Shown one piece after another: positions 12,881 through 25,254 of a DNA stretch of 64,000 nucleotides. This stretch comes from Vermamoeba vermiformis (lineage: Eukaryota). Under the pieces are notes generated by a model, which was not told the DNA's origin, ran no database searches, and saw only the letters and a list, made by a program, of their open reading frames with translations. The translations under genes and the position numbers were made by a program. Each line of letters starts with the position of its first letter. Within the stretch, counting starts at the first letter, position 1. Location of the stretch: contig JBEWZL010000011.1 of assembly GCA_045837725.1 (NCBI GenBank), forward strand, positions 496,001-560,000, given 5' to 3'.

Positions 12881-13148
12881 AACGTTGATGCGTCGTCTTG
12901 CAAAAAGTGAGACCAGTCACGTTGGCCGCTCCCGTGGCCCTTCGTTGCTATCCAGGCGCGAAGACTAGTGTCTTATCCTCCCCGATGTTGTAAGTACGTG
13001 GGCTGTCGTCTTCGAGTCAAATGCATCGCAGTAGGACCTACTGCTTAAGCAGAACTACTGCCTCTTGTAGTTGAAGATTGTTAGAGAGGACCAGCACAGT
13101 TGAAAGCAATTTTTTAATTTTTAAATCTAAATTGAACGCGTTACCACA

Positions 13149-13556
13149 ATGGCACAACCGTGCGAGTTATCTTGGCAGCCGTTCGTCGACCAGCTTACTA
13201 ACAGTAACGCGGCCAAGTATGCAGCAATTTGTGGCTTAAATGGAAGTGTTTGGGCTGCTTCGCCCGGATTTAACATAACAAAAGACCAAATATTGCATTT
13301 AGTGTCTGGATTTGACCCAAATAATAATGATTTTAAATGCCAAAGAATAACGTTTGAAATAATCTACGAAAGAAAATATATGGTGATCAGAAACGACGAA
13401 AATTTAATACTGGGATCGTCTGGTCCAACAATAGTCGCAGCATCTAAATGCAAAACAGCTCTAGTAATTGGTGTCACTGATGAAAAAATTCAACCAGGTC
13501 AATGTACAGCTGGTGTAGAAAGAATGGCTGATTATTTGAGAGACCAAGGATATTAA
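13149..13556 (+). CDS. Profilin, intronless
   Basis: SWQPFVDQL, AAICGLNGSVWAASPGF, KYMVIR, KTALVIG and VERMADYLRDQGY. Confidence 0.95.
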   Translation: MAQPCELSWQPFVDQLTNSNAAKYAAICGLNGSVWAASPGFNITKDQILHLVSGFDPNNNDFKCQRITFEIIYERKYMVIRNDENLILGSSGPTIVAASKCKTALVIGVTDEKIQPGQCTAGVERMADYLRDQGY

Positions 13557-13816
13557 ATTTGAAAAAATCAAGATGTAGTCTAAAACTTGTATAGTTACCT
13601 GTAAATACAACAAAAGGTCTATTGTTCCATATTATCTTTGGTTATTTAAGCATTAAAATGACGCCGTGTTGTGATCCGAGTCGTGAAATCAAATTTTTTG
13701 TTAATTTTACAACTTTCACTTTGGACCTGACCACAGAAGGCAGCATTTGTGCTATGTACTGTTAAATAGCTTGGTCTATATTATATATCACATATTATAT
13801 ATTTATTACCTTTCAA

Positions 13817-16800
13817 ATGGCCCACAAAGCTCTTCTGATTATTTTTACTGTTGCGATCATTTTCGCTGCATCTAGCGCTCTTGAGCCGAAAAAATTGGCT
13901 GGACCTCCAGAAGAGATTAATCATATGAGGTATATAATATTCCGATCGTTATTATAATTAAATTAAGAATTCTAATTGAAATTTTTATTTTTCAGACTGC
14001 CCGATCCATCTGCAGCCGCAAAACAAGCCGATAATGCCATGTTCTACGTGTGGTTCGATAGTACAGCTGATAGTAGATTGACTTATACATTGCCCTTGCC
14101 TGTGGACTCACCAACAGCTTTCGCATTTTCATTTTATTTCCCCCACGATAATTTGATCACACTTTCCTTGCAAGATCCGAATGGAAATCAAGTGGATTTG
14201 GAAAAGTTCGAAAATGATGTAAGTATATTTTAATTATATACCATAATCACGATATTTTTAATTCTCCGCCAAAACCAAAATTCGATAATTAATTCGGATG
14301 TGCTTTTCGATTTTATCTTAATTGCTCGTGCATTTCGTATTGAAATTGTATAATTATTAATATGCACGAGCAATATACAATCAACACGCTTGGAGAACAA
14401 CAGAATAACGAGAAAAGTTTTTGCGATGATTCACCTACGCTTACAAAACGCTTTTTGTCGCTAATTTAGCGTTATATGGCATTACTAATGGCTAATTATA
14501 GCATCATGAATGATACTATATATTAGAGAGCATCATTTTGTTATTGAATCAAAAGTTATTTTGTAACGAGATTTTGTGATCTGGATTGTGTACTGATTAT
14601 AATATTGTAGGACAACTTCTTTGGTCTAGGAGACTCAGGTCAATCAGTTCCCGCACGAAATTTCTTATTTAAAGGCGCGGATGTGGTCGTTGGCAAATGG
14701 ATTCTTCAAATGGAATCAGTTCAACCTCTGCACGAGTCTTTAGTCAAGAAGTTTACTGATAATACTTTGCCTAATGCTATTGTCGTTTTATTTAACGAGA
14801 ATAACATCAAGGTGACTTCACAAATGACTTCTTACGATCTGAAAGTCGGCGGATCTGTTGGTCTCTTGGCTAAAGTCGATCCGGTGGCTAAGAAGGCTAT
14901 GGCTGATGCTGGTTTCGTAAGTTCATAATTTATGTAGTAATGATTAAGCATTTTAAATCCAAAATAATTATTTTTTTGTAACGGCATCCGATCGGTTTTT
15001 GTTAATCGTTTAATTTTAATAGAGCATGAGACTTACTACCGCCAAGATGGACGTTATTCTTCCTGATGGCGAGAATGTCGATGTTGATATGCAAGACGAA
15101 TCTGAAGCCGTTGTTCTTGACGGAACTAGCGTATGTATCAGATGCACTTTGCCACCACTTCAAATTTTATTTAAAATTGATACATATGCTTGTATTATGG
15201 CATATTACTTATTATAAGGATTATTTTATCATTTATAAGCGAGATTTCTGACGTAGTTGCGCATGTAGGTTCACGCTGAAAAATTCGTTGCCAATATTGA
15301 GGCTAAGCTTACTGGTAGCTACGTAGCCAGTGCCAATGTCAAGGGCTATATTAAGAACGTTGCTACTGGCCAAGAAGTTGAGTTTGTCAGATCTACTTCG
15401 CATTTGGTTAGTGTTGCTCCAGCGGATGTGAATACTCTTGCTGGAAGTGCTTGGATCGATCATACTAAGAACATGCGCGATGAAGAACGTGTTCTTATTC
15501 GTTTGGACTTGAACGGCCAAGCTTTGCAAGACTACGTAAAGTATCGGTACGTAACAAACTCGATCCCGCTTAAAATAATTCAAAACATCGCTAATAATCG
15601 GTAAATATAGTGCTTACGCCGAAGTATACGGCACTGACAAGAACGGCAACTTGCAACCTGCTTGTAAGTTATTTTTAAAATTCAAAAATATTATTCGTCG
15701 GATCTGATCTCCTTTATTTTCAAGGCTGGCTCGGAGGCATGAGCGAAGTTAATACCGCTAGTGGCCTACTCAACGTAGCTCTCGAATTGAACTTGAAGTG
15801 GTTGGCTCGTTTGAACTTGCAAGAGCCGATCGTGCTCAAGAACGTTTACATTGCCGATACTAACAGCAACTTCCCTCTCTCTCAACTCACTCAAATCAAC
15901 GTTCAATTGCACCCTGAGATCAACATTATGCACAGAATTAGCGTAAGTCTTTCGTTAAAAGAATTGAAATTCGAGCGGATTTGGCTACCGAAAATTTAAT
16001 TTCTTAGATTTGATTAATATCGTAAATATATTGCACCAAATATTATAATTAGCAACAGCATATTATTGTGTGATTTATTGGCCATAAATAAGGCCGCATA
16101 ATATTGTTATCGTTACACCAGATCCTGATCTGACTTGCCTTATTTAGAAACTCCACAAATCACGCGCCAATCTCCAAGTCATCACCAAGGAGATGCGCGA
16201 AGGTGTTAACCCGTTGAAGAAGGCTTCTTTGTCGAGCAGATCTTCCGCTCCTACTTTGATGATGTTACACGGCTATTGCGTCGAAGAAAACCCTTGGTTA
16301 TTGAGCGCTGTAAGTATAATACACTCCATATTAGGAAATTACATCATATTAAATACGTTTGGTATCGGATCTAATTCATTTTTTATTTAGTCTAACTTCA
16401 CTAATGCCGCTTACTTTTTGGATCCTAACGGCAACATTCCCAACGATAAATTCGCTCAATTGATCGATCAGTTCGCCAAGAAGAACAATATGGATAGGTA
16501 AATATGTTAATATGGCTATAATTATTATTGAAGGTCAATTTTTGTGCGAGATCTGCATCCGAATTTTTTTTTGAATAATGCCTTTGCAAGTATTTATTCC
16601 ATTTACTAATGTTCTAAAAATAGATACTCCATTATCGCTCACTCTCAAGGTGGTCTCGCCGCACTCCATTTGCACAACTTTTATTTCTGCGGTCTCGACA
16701 ATGCCGAGGGCGGTCGTTTGATCCAGTCAGTTGGCTCACCTTACCGTGGTTCTAAAGCAGCTGGTTTTGCCGCTACTTTGGGCAACATTTTTGGCGTGGG

Positions 16801-17405
16801 TTGTGGCAGCAACAACGATTTGTCACGTGACGGAGCTGTCATTTGGTTGTCTGGCATTTCCATGGAAAATCGCAAAGACGTTTACTATCATACCACGACA
16901 TACAAGCAGGCAAGTACTAGTTATGGTCTTAATATCATTGGGATTACTTAATTACGAAGGGATTTCCAAATATGGAAAGTCACCTCCAAACAACAATTTT
17001 TTTTTGTCGCATCCATTTATTTCGTACTACTTGAACTTCTTATATTAATACAATCTTATACTTATTAGGGTAACTCATTGGGAGACTACTGCAGTTTGGC
17101 TACTAACTTGGTGCTTGACTGGCCCAATGACGGTGTGACCGAGTTCAACTACGCGCAATTGGACGGAGGAAATTTCATGGGCAACGACGAGGTATGGAAT
17201 TACTAAATATGGTACTATTAATCAAGGTGGTATTAACCGGTGTCCTATTAAAAGAAATGGTGTCATACTACCGATATGGCCTATCCCGCTCAATAGTAAG
17301 TTTTTCGCTCAAACGATATATTTTTGCAATGATTAACCAGTGCTTTTCCTTTTTAGTTCTGATACCGAGAGAAACCTCGATATGAATGCCAACGCTGCTC
17401 GTTAA
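13817..17405 (+). CDS. cmfA: Conditioned medium factor (CMF)-like secreted protein with a C-terminal alpha/beta-hydrolase-like domain, multi-exon
   Basis: Signal peptide, then PKKLAGPPEE, LHGYC, AHSQGG, SVGSPYRGS, GCGSNNDLS, DYCS..TNLVLDWPNDGVTE, WCHTTDM and a C-terminal MNANAAR*. These motifs are recalled from the Dictyostelium CMF family and its bacterial homologues. Confidence 0.8.
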
Positions 17406-17594
17406 ATGAACCACACGTTCAGTAGCGAATTTTTTTCAGGTTAACCCAAATAAATTGAAGTCTACCAGATCTGACTCTTTTATTCATGAATCATTCGAAA
17501 ATCTTTTGTTGTCTCGTTTCGCTATGAGTAATACGATATGATTACCATATGGATGTTTAAAAATGCAAGATCTTGATCTAGCGTTTCTTCATTT

Positions 17595-20500
17595 TTACTC
17601 GTTTGCAAGAGCTCGTACAATTTGTTCAATGCTGGGCCGAGACTCAGGCGATGCATGCCAACAGTCTCGCATAATACTAGCCAATTGCGTTGGACAGTCA
17701 GCAGGTATGACAGGTGTCAAACTGTTGTCTCGGATCAGTAGACCAACTTCGATCGGATCCAACTCCGCGTGTGGCTCCTGTCGTGCCAATATTTCGTACA
17801 TTAAAATTCCGAATGACCAGACATCTAAAAAAAGATCGTCGTTCAGTGAAATGATCTTATAATCGAAATTTCAAAAATTGTGCAGTGCATCTGGATCTTA
17901 CCTGACTTGACGGAATAAATTTTGCTCCGTAATGATTCTGGTGCCATCCATCTGATCGGACCTAGCTCCGACTTGGTTGTTCCGTGCAAATTTTGATCTT
18001 CAACAAGCCTCGATAAACCAAAATCAGTCAATTTCGGTTCGTTGTGGCTCAACAAGACATTTCTGGCCGCTACATCTCGATGCACAATATTATGGGAATG
18101 AAGGTGCGCTAGTCCGTTCGCAACTCCGAGCATCCATTGCCTTTTTTGGGAAAGTGAAATTTCCATGGATTGATCCACCAGCGCTGTCTGCAAAGATCCT
18201 CCCTCGCAATACTCGATAATTAATATGATGCTGTGGGTCTCTGGGTGCACGCTGAATCCAAACAATTGAACGACATTAGGATGCGATCGCATTTGCACCA
18301 TCAATTCTAATTCACCAATCACCGTTGAGTTCGCTTCAGTCATGCTAACTTTGAGTGCCACAACGGTGTTTTTCCATTTGCCTTTGAAAACTTGTCCGCT
18401 ACCGCCTTGCCCGAGCTGTTCTTCAAAAGTAAGTTGCTCGAACGGTGTGAACCAGTCTCCGTACTTCGTGGCCAGGCCAATGGTCGTTGATTGCGCTCTT
18501 TTTCTTCGCTTATTTCTTCTGACCAATAGCACGGCGAGAATAACAGATCCAACGGCTACAACTCCGACAGGCACCACAATCGCCGCTACAAGTTCGCCTG
18601 TTGAAATTTCAGTTTGTTCGTTGTTGCTCATTCCTGGTGTCTGAATTGGTGCTGTCTGCGGTGTCGTGTCAAAATTTGACAGTAGTTCGGTGACATTTAA
18701 CAGCATGACTTGGTCCGTGTAAAATCCATACGTTGGGTGTTTGCCACCAGCAATCATAATTGTTCCGTCGTCTAATGTTCGAAGAATTGTTGGATTATAA
18801 TCGAGTTTGAATGGCGTGCTGAACCAATTGCCTTGTGATGGGATGTTCGTGAACGTTAATTTATCGTCTCCGCCGAACGTCAATAACATGTCGTGGGCTA
18901 CTGCTATAAATAGTCTTGTTTGCGTTTGGGGCAATAAAAAAATATTCCAAGAACTTGCAATGTAATCATAGCTCAGTACGTTGAAAAAAGTTCCATAGTT
19001 TGACGGATCCGTTGACCAAGTTGTCATGTACACTGCTCTGGTATTATCATTGTATGTTTGATATAAAAATGCAGCAGCGGTCTGATCGTTGCCAATAGTA
19101 GTTAAAGAGCCTCTAGTGATCTTCATCAATGTGCGCGAATTTTGCAAAAAATATCCTACGTCGTTGTACACAGGGATCGATGAAAACGAGATAAAGTTTC
19201 CGGCGGTTGTGAAGAAAGTCTGCTGCAGTCTCGTCGTAGTCCCTGTTGTCACATTGATGAAGTAAAAATTCGCAGTTGATAGTAGCGCTATCACTAACGT
19301 GTCTTCAAAGGCTACTGCTTGCAAGAATCCAGTATATGGCACCGTAAAATTGAACAATAATGGGTCCTTCCACTGGCCAGTAATATAATCATATACGTCA
19401 ATTTGTCGATACTGTGTTCTGATTGGCGCCGCAGCAACCGCTGCACCGTCACGTGACTGAGCCAAAGGGAGAAATGCTGGCTTGAACCATGCGTTGTCTG
19501 TAATATTGATCCAAACTACTCCCGTAAACGGATCAATCACATCTCGTCCAATAGCAAATTGACCAATCATAACAGGCTGTATAACTGATGAAGTCACAGA
19601 GTACTCCTCGAAAACGACGCGGTTACCGTCATGAGCGAAGGCCGTGAACGTCGTGCTATCAACGGCAACAATTGACACTATGGCTGCGAATCTTACTGAC
19701 ACTAGCATTGTGACGCTTTTGGCAGCTGGATCATATTTGTAAAATTGACCTCCGTCGTACAAAATGTATTGGCCAAAGCTCGGAGCGATAAGTTGAATGC
19801 TAGGTGCTGCCACGTACGTCCATGAACCATCATATATAGCGAGACTATCGTTCTTAATCAGCACTATTTGATCGCTGACTGTGAAAACGTTGAAAATTCT
19901 TTCGCTGTCGTACGTCGTGTTTGATGTGTTGGAAGTCCAATCGTAAATTATGAATCCATCTGACTTAACTATGAATGTTTCGTGGCCGAGAGTCGTAGCG
20001 TATATAATATCACTAAGGATAATTTCAATCCAGTTAGATGTTCCCAACTGATGCAAAAGACACCTGTCAGCGAGCCAAATTGCAACGGTGTCGGAAGCCA
20101 CAGCGAAGTTGAAATTAGCATTCGTTTGGCTTAGAGTCGTTACGTTGTTGAATGTCAATAGCTTCATAGTGGTGCTGTTGAATATCCATGCGTCAGAATA
20201 CAGATCCAGTGTCGTTTGATTGACGCCGCCAATTCCGAATATTAGATCTTCATGAACGAGTAAAACTCCGTGCGATAAGCTTTGCATCCACGTTGTTAAT
20301 AGTTCCGAGTGGCTCCAAGTCTTGTTGTTAATGTCGTAGAAATCAGCGGAGAAAGATCCGAGCACCGTCAGTATTTCGTTGTGAATCGATAACTGTTTTG
20401 CAGACCGGACTGTTGGGCCACATCCTGCTGTCCAATCGTAATTATGCGTCTCCATAGAATATAACCCGACGCAGTCATCAAAGGAAAAACCTCCGGCGAA

Positions 20501-20782
20501 GTAAATGTTCGATCCAGATTTGGCAGGAGAAACAAATGCTCGGGCCGAAGGTAACTTCAAGGGAGTCTCCCACGTCTTGTTAATAGTGTTGTATATATCT
20601 ATCTTATCCGTCGCTACGAGATCGCTGAGTTCGTAGCCTCCAACAAAATAAATATTGTGTTCTACTTGGATTGAGGATACAGCTGTTCTTTTGGAGGACA
20701 TTGCCGTCTTCTCCGTCGTTACTTGACTAAATGCTGTCGTAGCAAAGAGTAGGCATAGAAACAGAAGGTTAATGCTGGCCAT
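17595..20782 (-). CDS. Single-pass receptor kinase with a kelch-like/beta-propeller ectodomain and a tyrosine-kinase-like domain
   Basis: Signal peptide; kelch-like IYFVGG/IYFAGG/IFGIGG repeats; TM helix LVAAIVVPVGVVAVGSVILAVLLV; GQGGSG, VALK, HRDVAARN, DFG and GPIRWMAPE; one short intron at ~17826-17901. Confidence 0.9.
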
Positions 20783-21814
20783 CGGATCTAAAGTTAATTA
20801 AATTATTAGATTTTATAATTTTACAATCTAGAGCACTGAAATGGAATCTGTATAAGTCCTTCGATCATAATTGTAACGGATATTAATGCGCTATGATTAC
20901 GAAAACGATGATCTACCCTTTTAGACGTTTCTTTTTCAACTCAATAAACTTGTTCCACTTGCCTTTTCTCATCATAATATGCTCTTCTAAAATTCTTATC
21001 TTGCGTACTACGTTCGAAATAAATCACTAACCGGGATGATCTGAGATCTGGTGAATGACGTTTGATGCTCGTGACTACGGTTCCTATGACAAAAATCAAT
21101 ATAAATTATTATTGAATTACGTTTACTAACTTGGATTGGCGCAATAGCTTTGTCAGATCTCTTCCAGTAGCAAGGATCAGATCCGCACTGGCGATTAAGT
21201 AATTCGCTAGGCTTGTTGAGAGAACTTGAAGAAAAAAAAGACAATGCATTCCACAATGCACAAACATCATCGTTCACATCGCCCAGAACCGGATGTTCTC
21301 TCGTCTCGTGTGAACCTGCTTTTGTGCGTCTGGCAAAAAAACATTTGTTTTACGAGCCACAAAAATAAAAATCGTATACGATGTCAAAGCGGCTTGACCG
21401 CCCAAATCACCAATGCAGCCGTCGACGGAGACAATCTAGTGTGACACGTGTCAGACAAATAAGATTTCATTTTTTATCTACTAGTGAAGGGTATTACAGA
21501 TAGTGCTTCAAAACTCGACTAAGCGTAATAATTGCGTGCTTCTTATTGTGCCAGAACAAAGAATCTCGCCTACATTTTGCGCTCGTAAGTTTAGTTTACA
21601 CGTTAAAAGTATAATACAACTCGATAATTATGGTCAATTAGTATAGGTTGCTGAGCGGGTTAGGTGTCTGTCTTCAGTTTACTTTTGTTTTCTCAAACTT
21701 TTTCTTCGCGTTGGTTTTTCATTAGTGTCATCTTCGTCCATGGGTGCTGGAGGAGGCACCTCTTGTTCTTCTTTTTTATTGTTCCGCTGATTTTTGCGAC
21801 CTCGAGGACTCTTT

Positions 21815-24111
21815 TTAGTCGGCACTAGCGGCGTTAACCCGCTCTTGGTACTCGCGCATTTCACGCTCGTAGCGCTCTTTGTCTAGTGCGGCTTGTTGTT
21901 CGTAAGGCTGCAGATACAAAAATAGAAGTGTTAATAATTATCATAGTCGGAGATGTTGAACAATGTAATTAAATACAAGATTGGGTGTATAGAAAAAATG
22001 ACACGTGTCAAACTGATTTTTTCACGGTGTCAAACTCTGCCTCCCTCGTACTTATGACACGTGTCATATTCTAAATGTAACTTCGTTCAATGATATCAGC
22101 CGTGTCATAGCTTTTCGATAACGATTTGGTACCGTAGATAAAATGAGAGTTTGACACGTGTCATGAAAATATTTTTCACGTGTCAAAAAAGAATTGTACC
22201 TGTTTTTGTTCTGCAGTCATGTCCCTCCAACGAGCACTTAACAGCCTAGCTTCTGAACCGAAAGGCGTTTCAGCAGGTAAGGTCGGTCGCACTTCCTTGC
22301 AAAAGAACAAGTAAGGCGACCAAGGTCTCTTCGGTTGGTTTGGATCTCGTCTTTGTTGTGCATTCGATAATCGCGGAATATTGTCATTATCCACACTCGA
22401 TTCTTCGTCGCTGCTCGATGATTCATTTTCTTCGGAGTCTGATCCGGATTCGGATTCGCTCTAAAAAAATTAGAAAATAATTTCCTCGAACAGAAGCATA
22501 AAAAACTTACGTCGTCGCCCTCCTCAGACTCTTCGACAGTTTTACGACCTCGAGTGCCTTTAGTCTTAGTCTTCTTTTCCTCCTGGTCTTCAGGCGCGTT
22601 CATTCGTGCTTTGTACTCGCGCATTTCACGGTCGTACCGCTCTCGGTCCAGTGCTGCTCGTTGAACGTACGGCTAGCGGAATAATTATTGAGTCAGTATT
22701 TGAAATTTTGCAAATATTCTAGCACATAAAAAACGGAAATTATTCCCAGGTAAGGTTAGTCTAAAAAGAATGATAAAAGTGACACGTGTCACCAAATTTG
22801 CAGGGGTGGCACCTTTGAGTACATTTAAATGACACGTGTCAGCATGTCATAATAAATATCTTTTGACGTCAAAAGCAATTAGAACCTAAAGAACGTCTAG
22901 TCTCGATGACACGTGTCACTCAATATTTTTCACGGTGTCAAAAAATACTATCGTGACAGTTTCACTGCTGTCGTACCTGTTTCTCTTCATCGCTCATGCT
23001 CTTCCATCGCTCACCTAGCATTTTGATTCGTTGCGCGATTGGCACGTCGGGCTTGAAATCAGATCTGCCTTCAGCGGCAAAGAGCATGTAGGCTGTCATG
23101 GGTCTCTTTGGAGCATTCAAATCACGCGTAATTCGTCTTTTGATATGTAGGCGAACCTTATTGGGATTATCTTCGTCTTCTTGATCCGATTCGCTGTCCA
23201 AATCCTGAATCTAGCGTAAGAATTTTGTTTCAATTTGAATTTCTGAAGAATTGAACTTACGCTATCACTAATCCTATCAAAAGATGGCTTTGGTCGCATT
23301 TTCCCGCCTTTAGCGATAAATTCAGCCACTTCCCTGTCGTACCGATCGCGATCTTGTTTGGCTTTTTGATCGTACTCCTTTAAAATTGTGTCATTACGCT
23401 TGGTATAATATAAATATAATATACATACTTTTTTATCTTCTTTGCTCATACTCTGCCAGAGGTTTTTCCGTACACTGGTAAGCTGCGGCATGCTCAACGA
23501 CGGATTTTCAGCTAACAATTCTTCTCGCTTTTCTTGCAAGAATATACCATAAGCACCACGATATCTGCATGGTATTAATGGCAGATCCATTTTGGCTTTC
23601 TTTTTCTCTGGCTCGTCCTAAAAGAAAAAAAGATCAGGATGCAAACTAGTTAAATCGCTTAACAATTGCAATTAAATCTTGTATTAAAAGAGCATGTATT
23701 CATTATTGTTAAACACTTGCCTCGTCATTTGGAGAATTATCGGCTCTTTTACGCTTTCTCGAGTTATTTCCCGCCTCTTTTTCAGATGCAGCTTCCTAAT
23801 GAATAGTTAATTACTTGATTATCAATTTACGTGCAGTACATATAATACTGGTAATATAAGCGAATTATTTGGCGTTGTTAAGAAATTCTAAGTAATTTCT
23901 TAATTACTGCTGATATTTTTCTATTGTACGTCGTTAAATTTGCAATAAATATGATAATTAATAATTATATACGTACTTTAATATTTGCGAGCAGATTTTG
24001 CGCTTGTTGAATTAAATTGTTCGTGGAATTAGTGTCTGTTAAACCACTGCCCTTGATCTGCTCTACTGACTCTTCAATACTCTTGAATATACTATATAGT
24101 GTAGTCTCCAT
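21815..24111 (-). CDS. Protein with three HMG boxes, multi-exon
   Basis: YRGAYGIFLQEKR...W, APKRPMTAYMLFAAE...LGERWKSMSDEEKQ|PY and QPKRPWSPYLFFCKE...RWRDMTAEQKQ|PY. Confidence 0.9.
21999..22918. repeat. Two intronic arrays of the palindrome TGACACGTGTCA, three perfect copies each
   Basis: Perfect copies at 21999, 22055, 22152, 22780, 22830 and 22907, plus TTTTTCAC(G)GTGTCA variants. Confidence 0.95.
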
Positions 24112-24380
24112 ATTGTTAGTATTGAAATTATCACTTAAAATGCCGCAAACGACAGCTTGTTTGTTTTCTGGACCAACAGCTCACTTTTAACTTGCATTGT
24201 TTTTGATCGTTTGTGCCAAATAGAATTTAGTACTGGTAAATAAACGTTTATTTATACGACAATAGGTTATAATTTAAATCATTTTTATTGAATTAGGCGA
24301 TCCAGGATCGAGATCGGCATATTTTTTTTGAATTACAATCGTATGTTAAACAAGATCGATTATATGACGATATAATATTA

Positions 24381-25254
24381 TTAGTGATCGTCTACTGCGG
24401 GTTTATCACCAACTTGCTTCAATTCGCTCATTTTCATGCCTTGTAAAGTTTGACCGATCAGATGCAGTTTATCGATGACAGTATTATCCACGTTGCCTTG
24501 ATTATCTTGCACGAAAATCTATGTATTTCATCATTAGTAAGTATAATATAATTAATTAGGCCATATTTGAAGCTACTTACCGAAATAGAATTTACGTTCT
24601 GAAATTTGACGAACTTTAGCGGAGTTGGATTTGCATCCTTCTTCAAGTTTTGTGGTGCAAGAACTAACTCTTGAACGGGTGTGTCGTCTTCGGCCTCAGT
24701 AAAGCCCATAGAAACCTTATTAACAAATAATCGGAGAGTTTTGGGACCAGATCCTGATCAAATCGTCAATAACTTAATTTTAATTTGTAATAATTATATT
24801 TATTACGTACCATCTTCGGGAGAGTCAATTTTAATAGAGTGGATCTTCACGGCTTGTTGGAAGTGAATATTGAGTAATAATTGCGCATCCGCGTCACTAC
24901 GCAAAAATTTGCCGACATTTTCTAATAATAAATATATCAATAATTACAGTAATATTAATAATAATATTTGACCAATAATTTGACTCGATAGGAAGTAAAA
25001 GACGAATTATTAATATTTTTGAGAATTTCTGAAAAATTTTTCGCGTGTCCCAATCACTTATTACTCACTCTCTTCCTCTGATTTAACAAAAACATTCTTA
25101 AAATTGTGTTCTTTTTGCTCGTTCAAGCACTCTGATGAGCCATAATCCACAAGCGAGTCGAGATCGACCTTTGATCAAAAGTTAGTTACGGCTAACTTAC
25201 TCGGCTAAGTAGCAATGTCATAAAGCGTCTTACGAATAGTTTCTTATCAGTCAT
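24381..25254 (-). CDS. PITH-domain protein (PITHD1/TXNL1 C-terminal-like), multi-exon
   Basis: SSECLNE, FLRSDADAQLLLNIHFQQAVKIHSIKI, GPKTLRLFVN and PLKFVKFQNVNSIS. Confidence 0.9.

Noticed and set aside
21999-22918. Palindrome arrays read as a CRISPR array
   Set aside because: The repeat is only 12 bp, spacing is irregular, the context is eukaryotic introns, and there are no cas genes.
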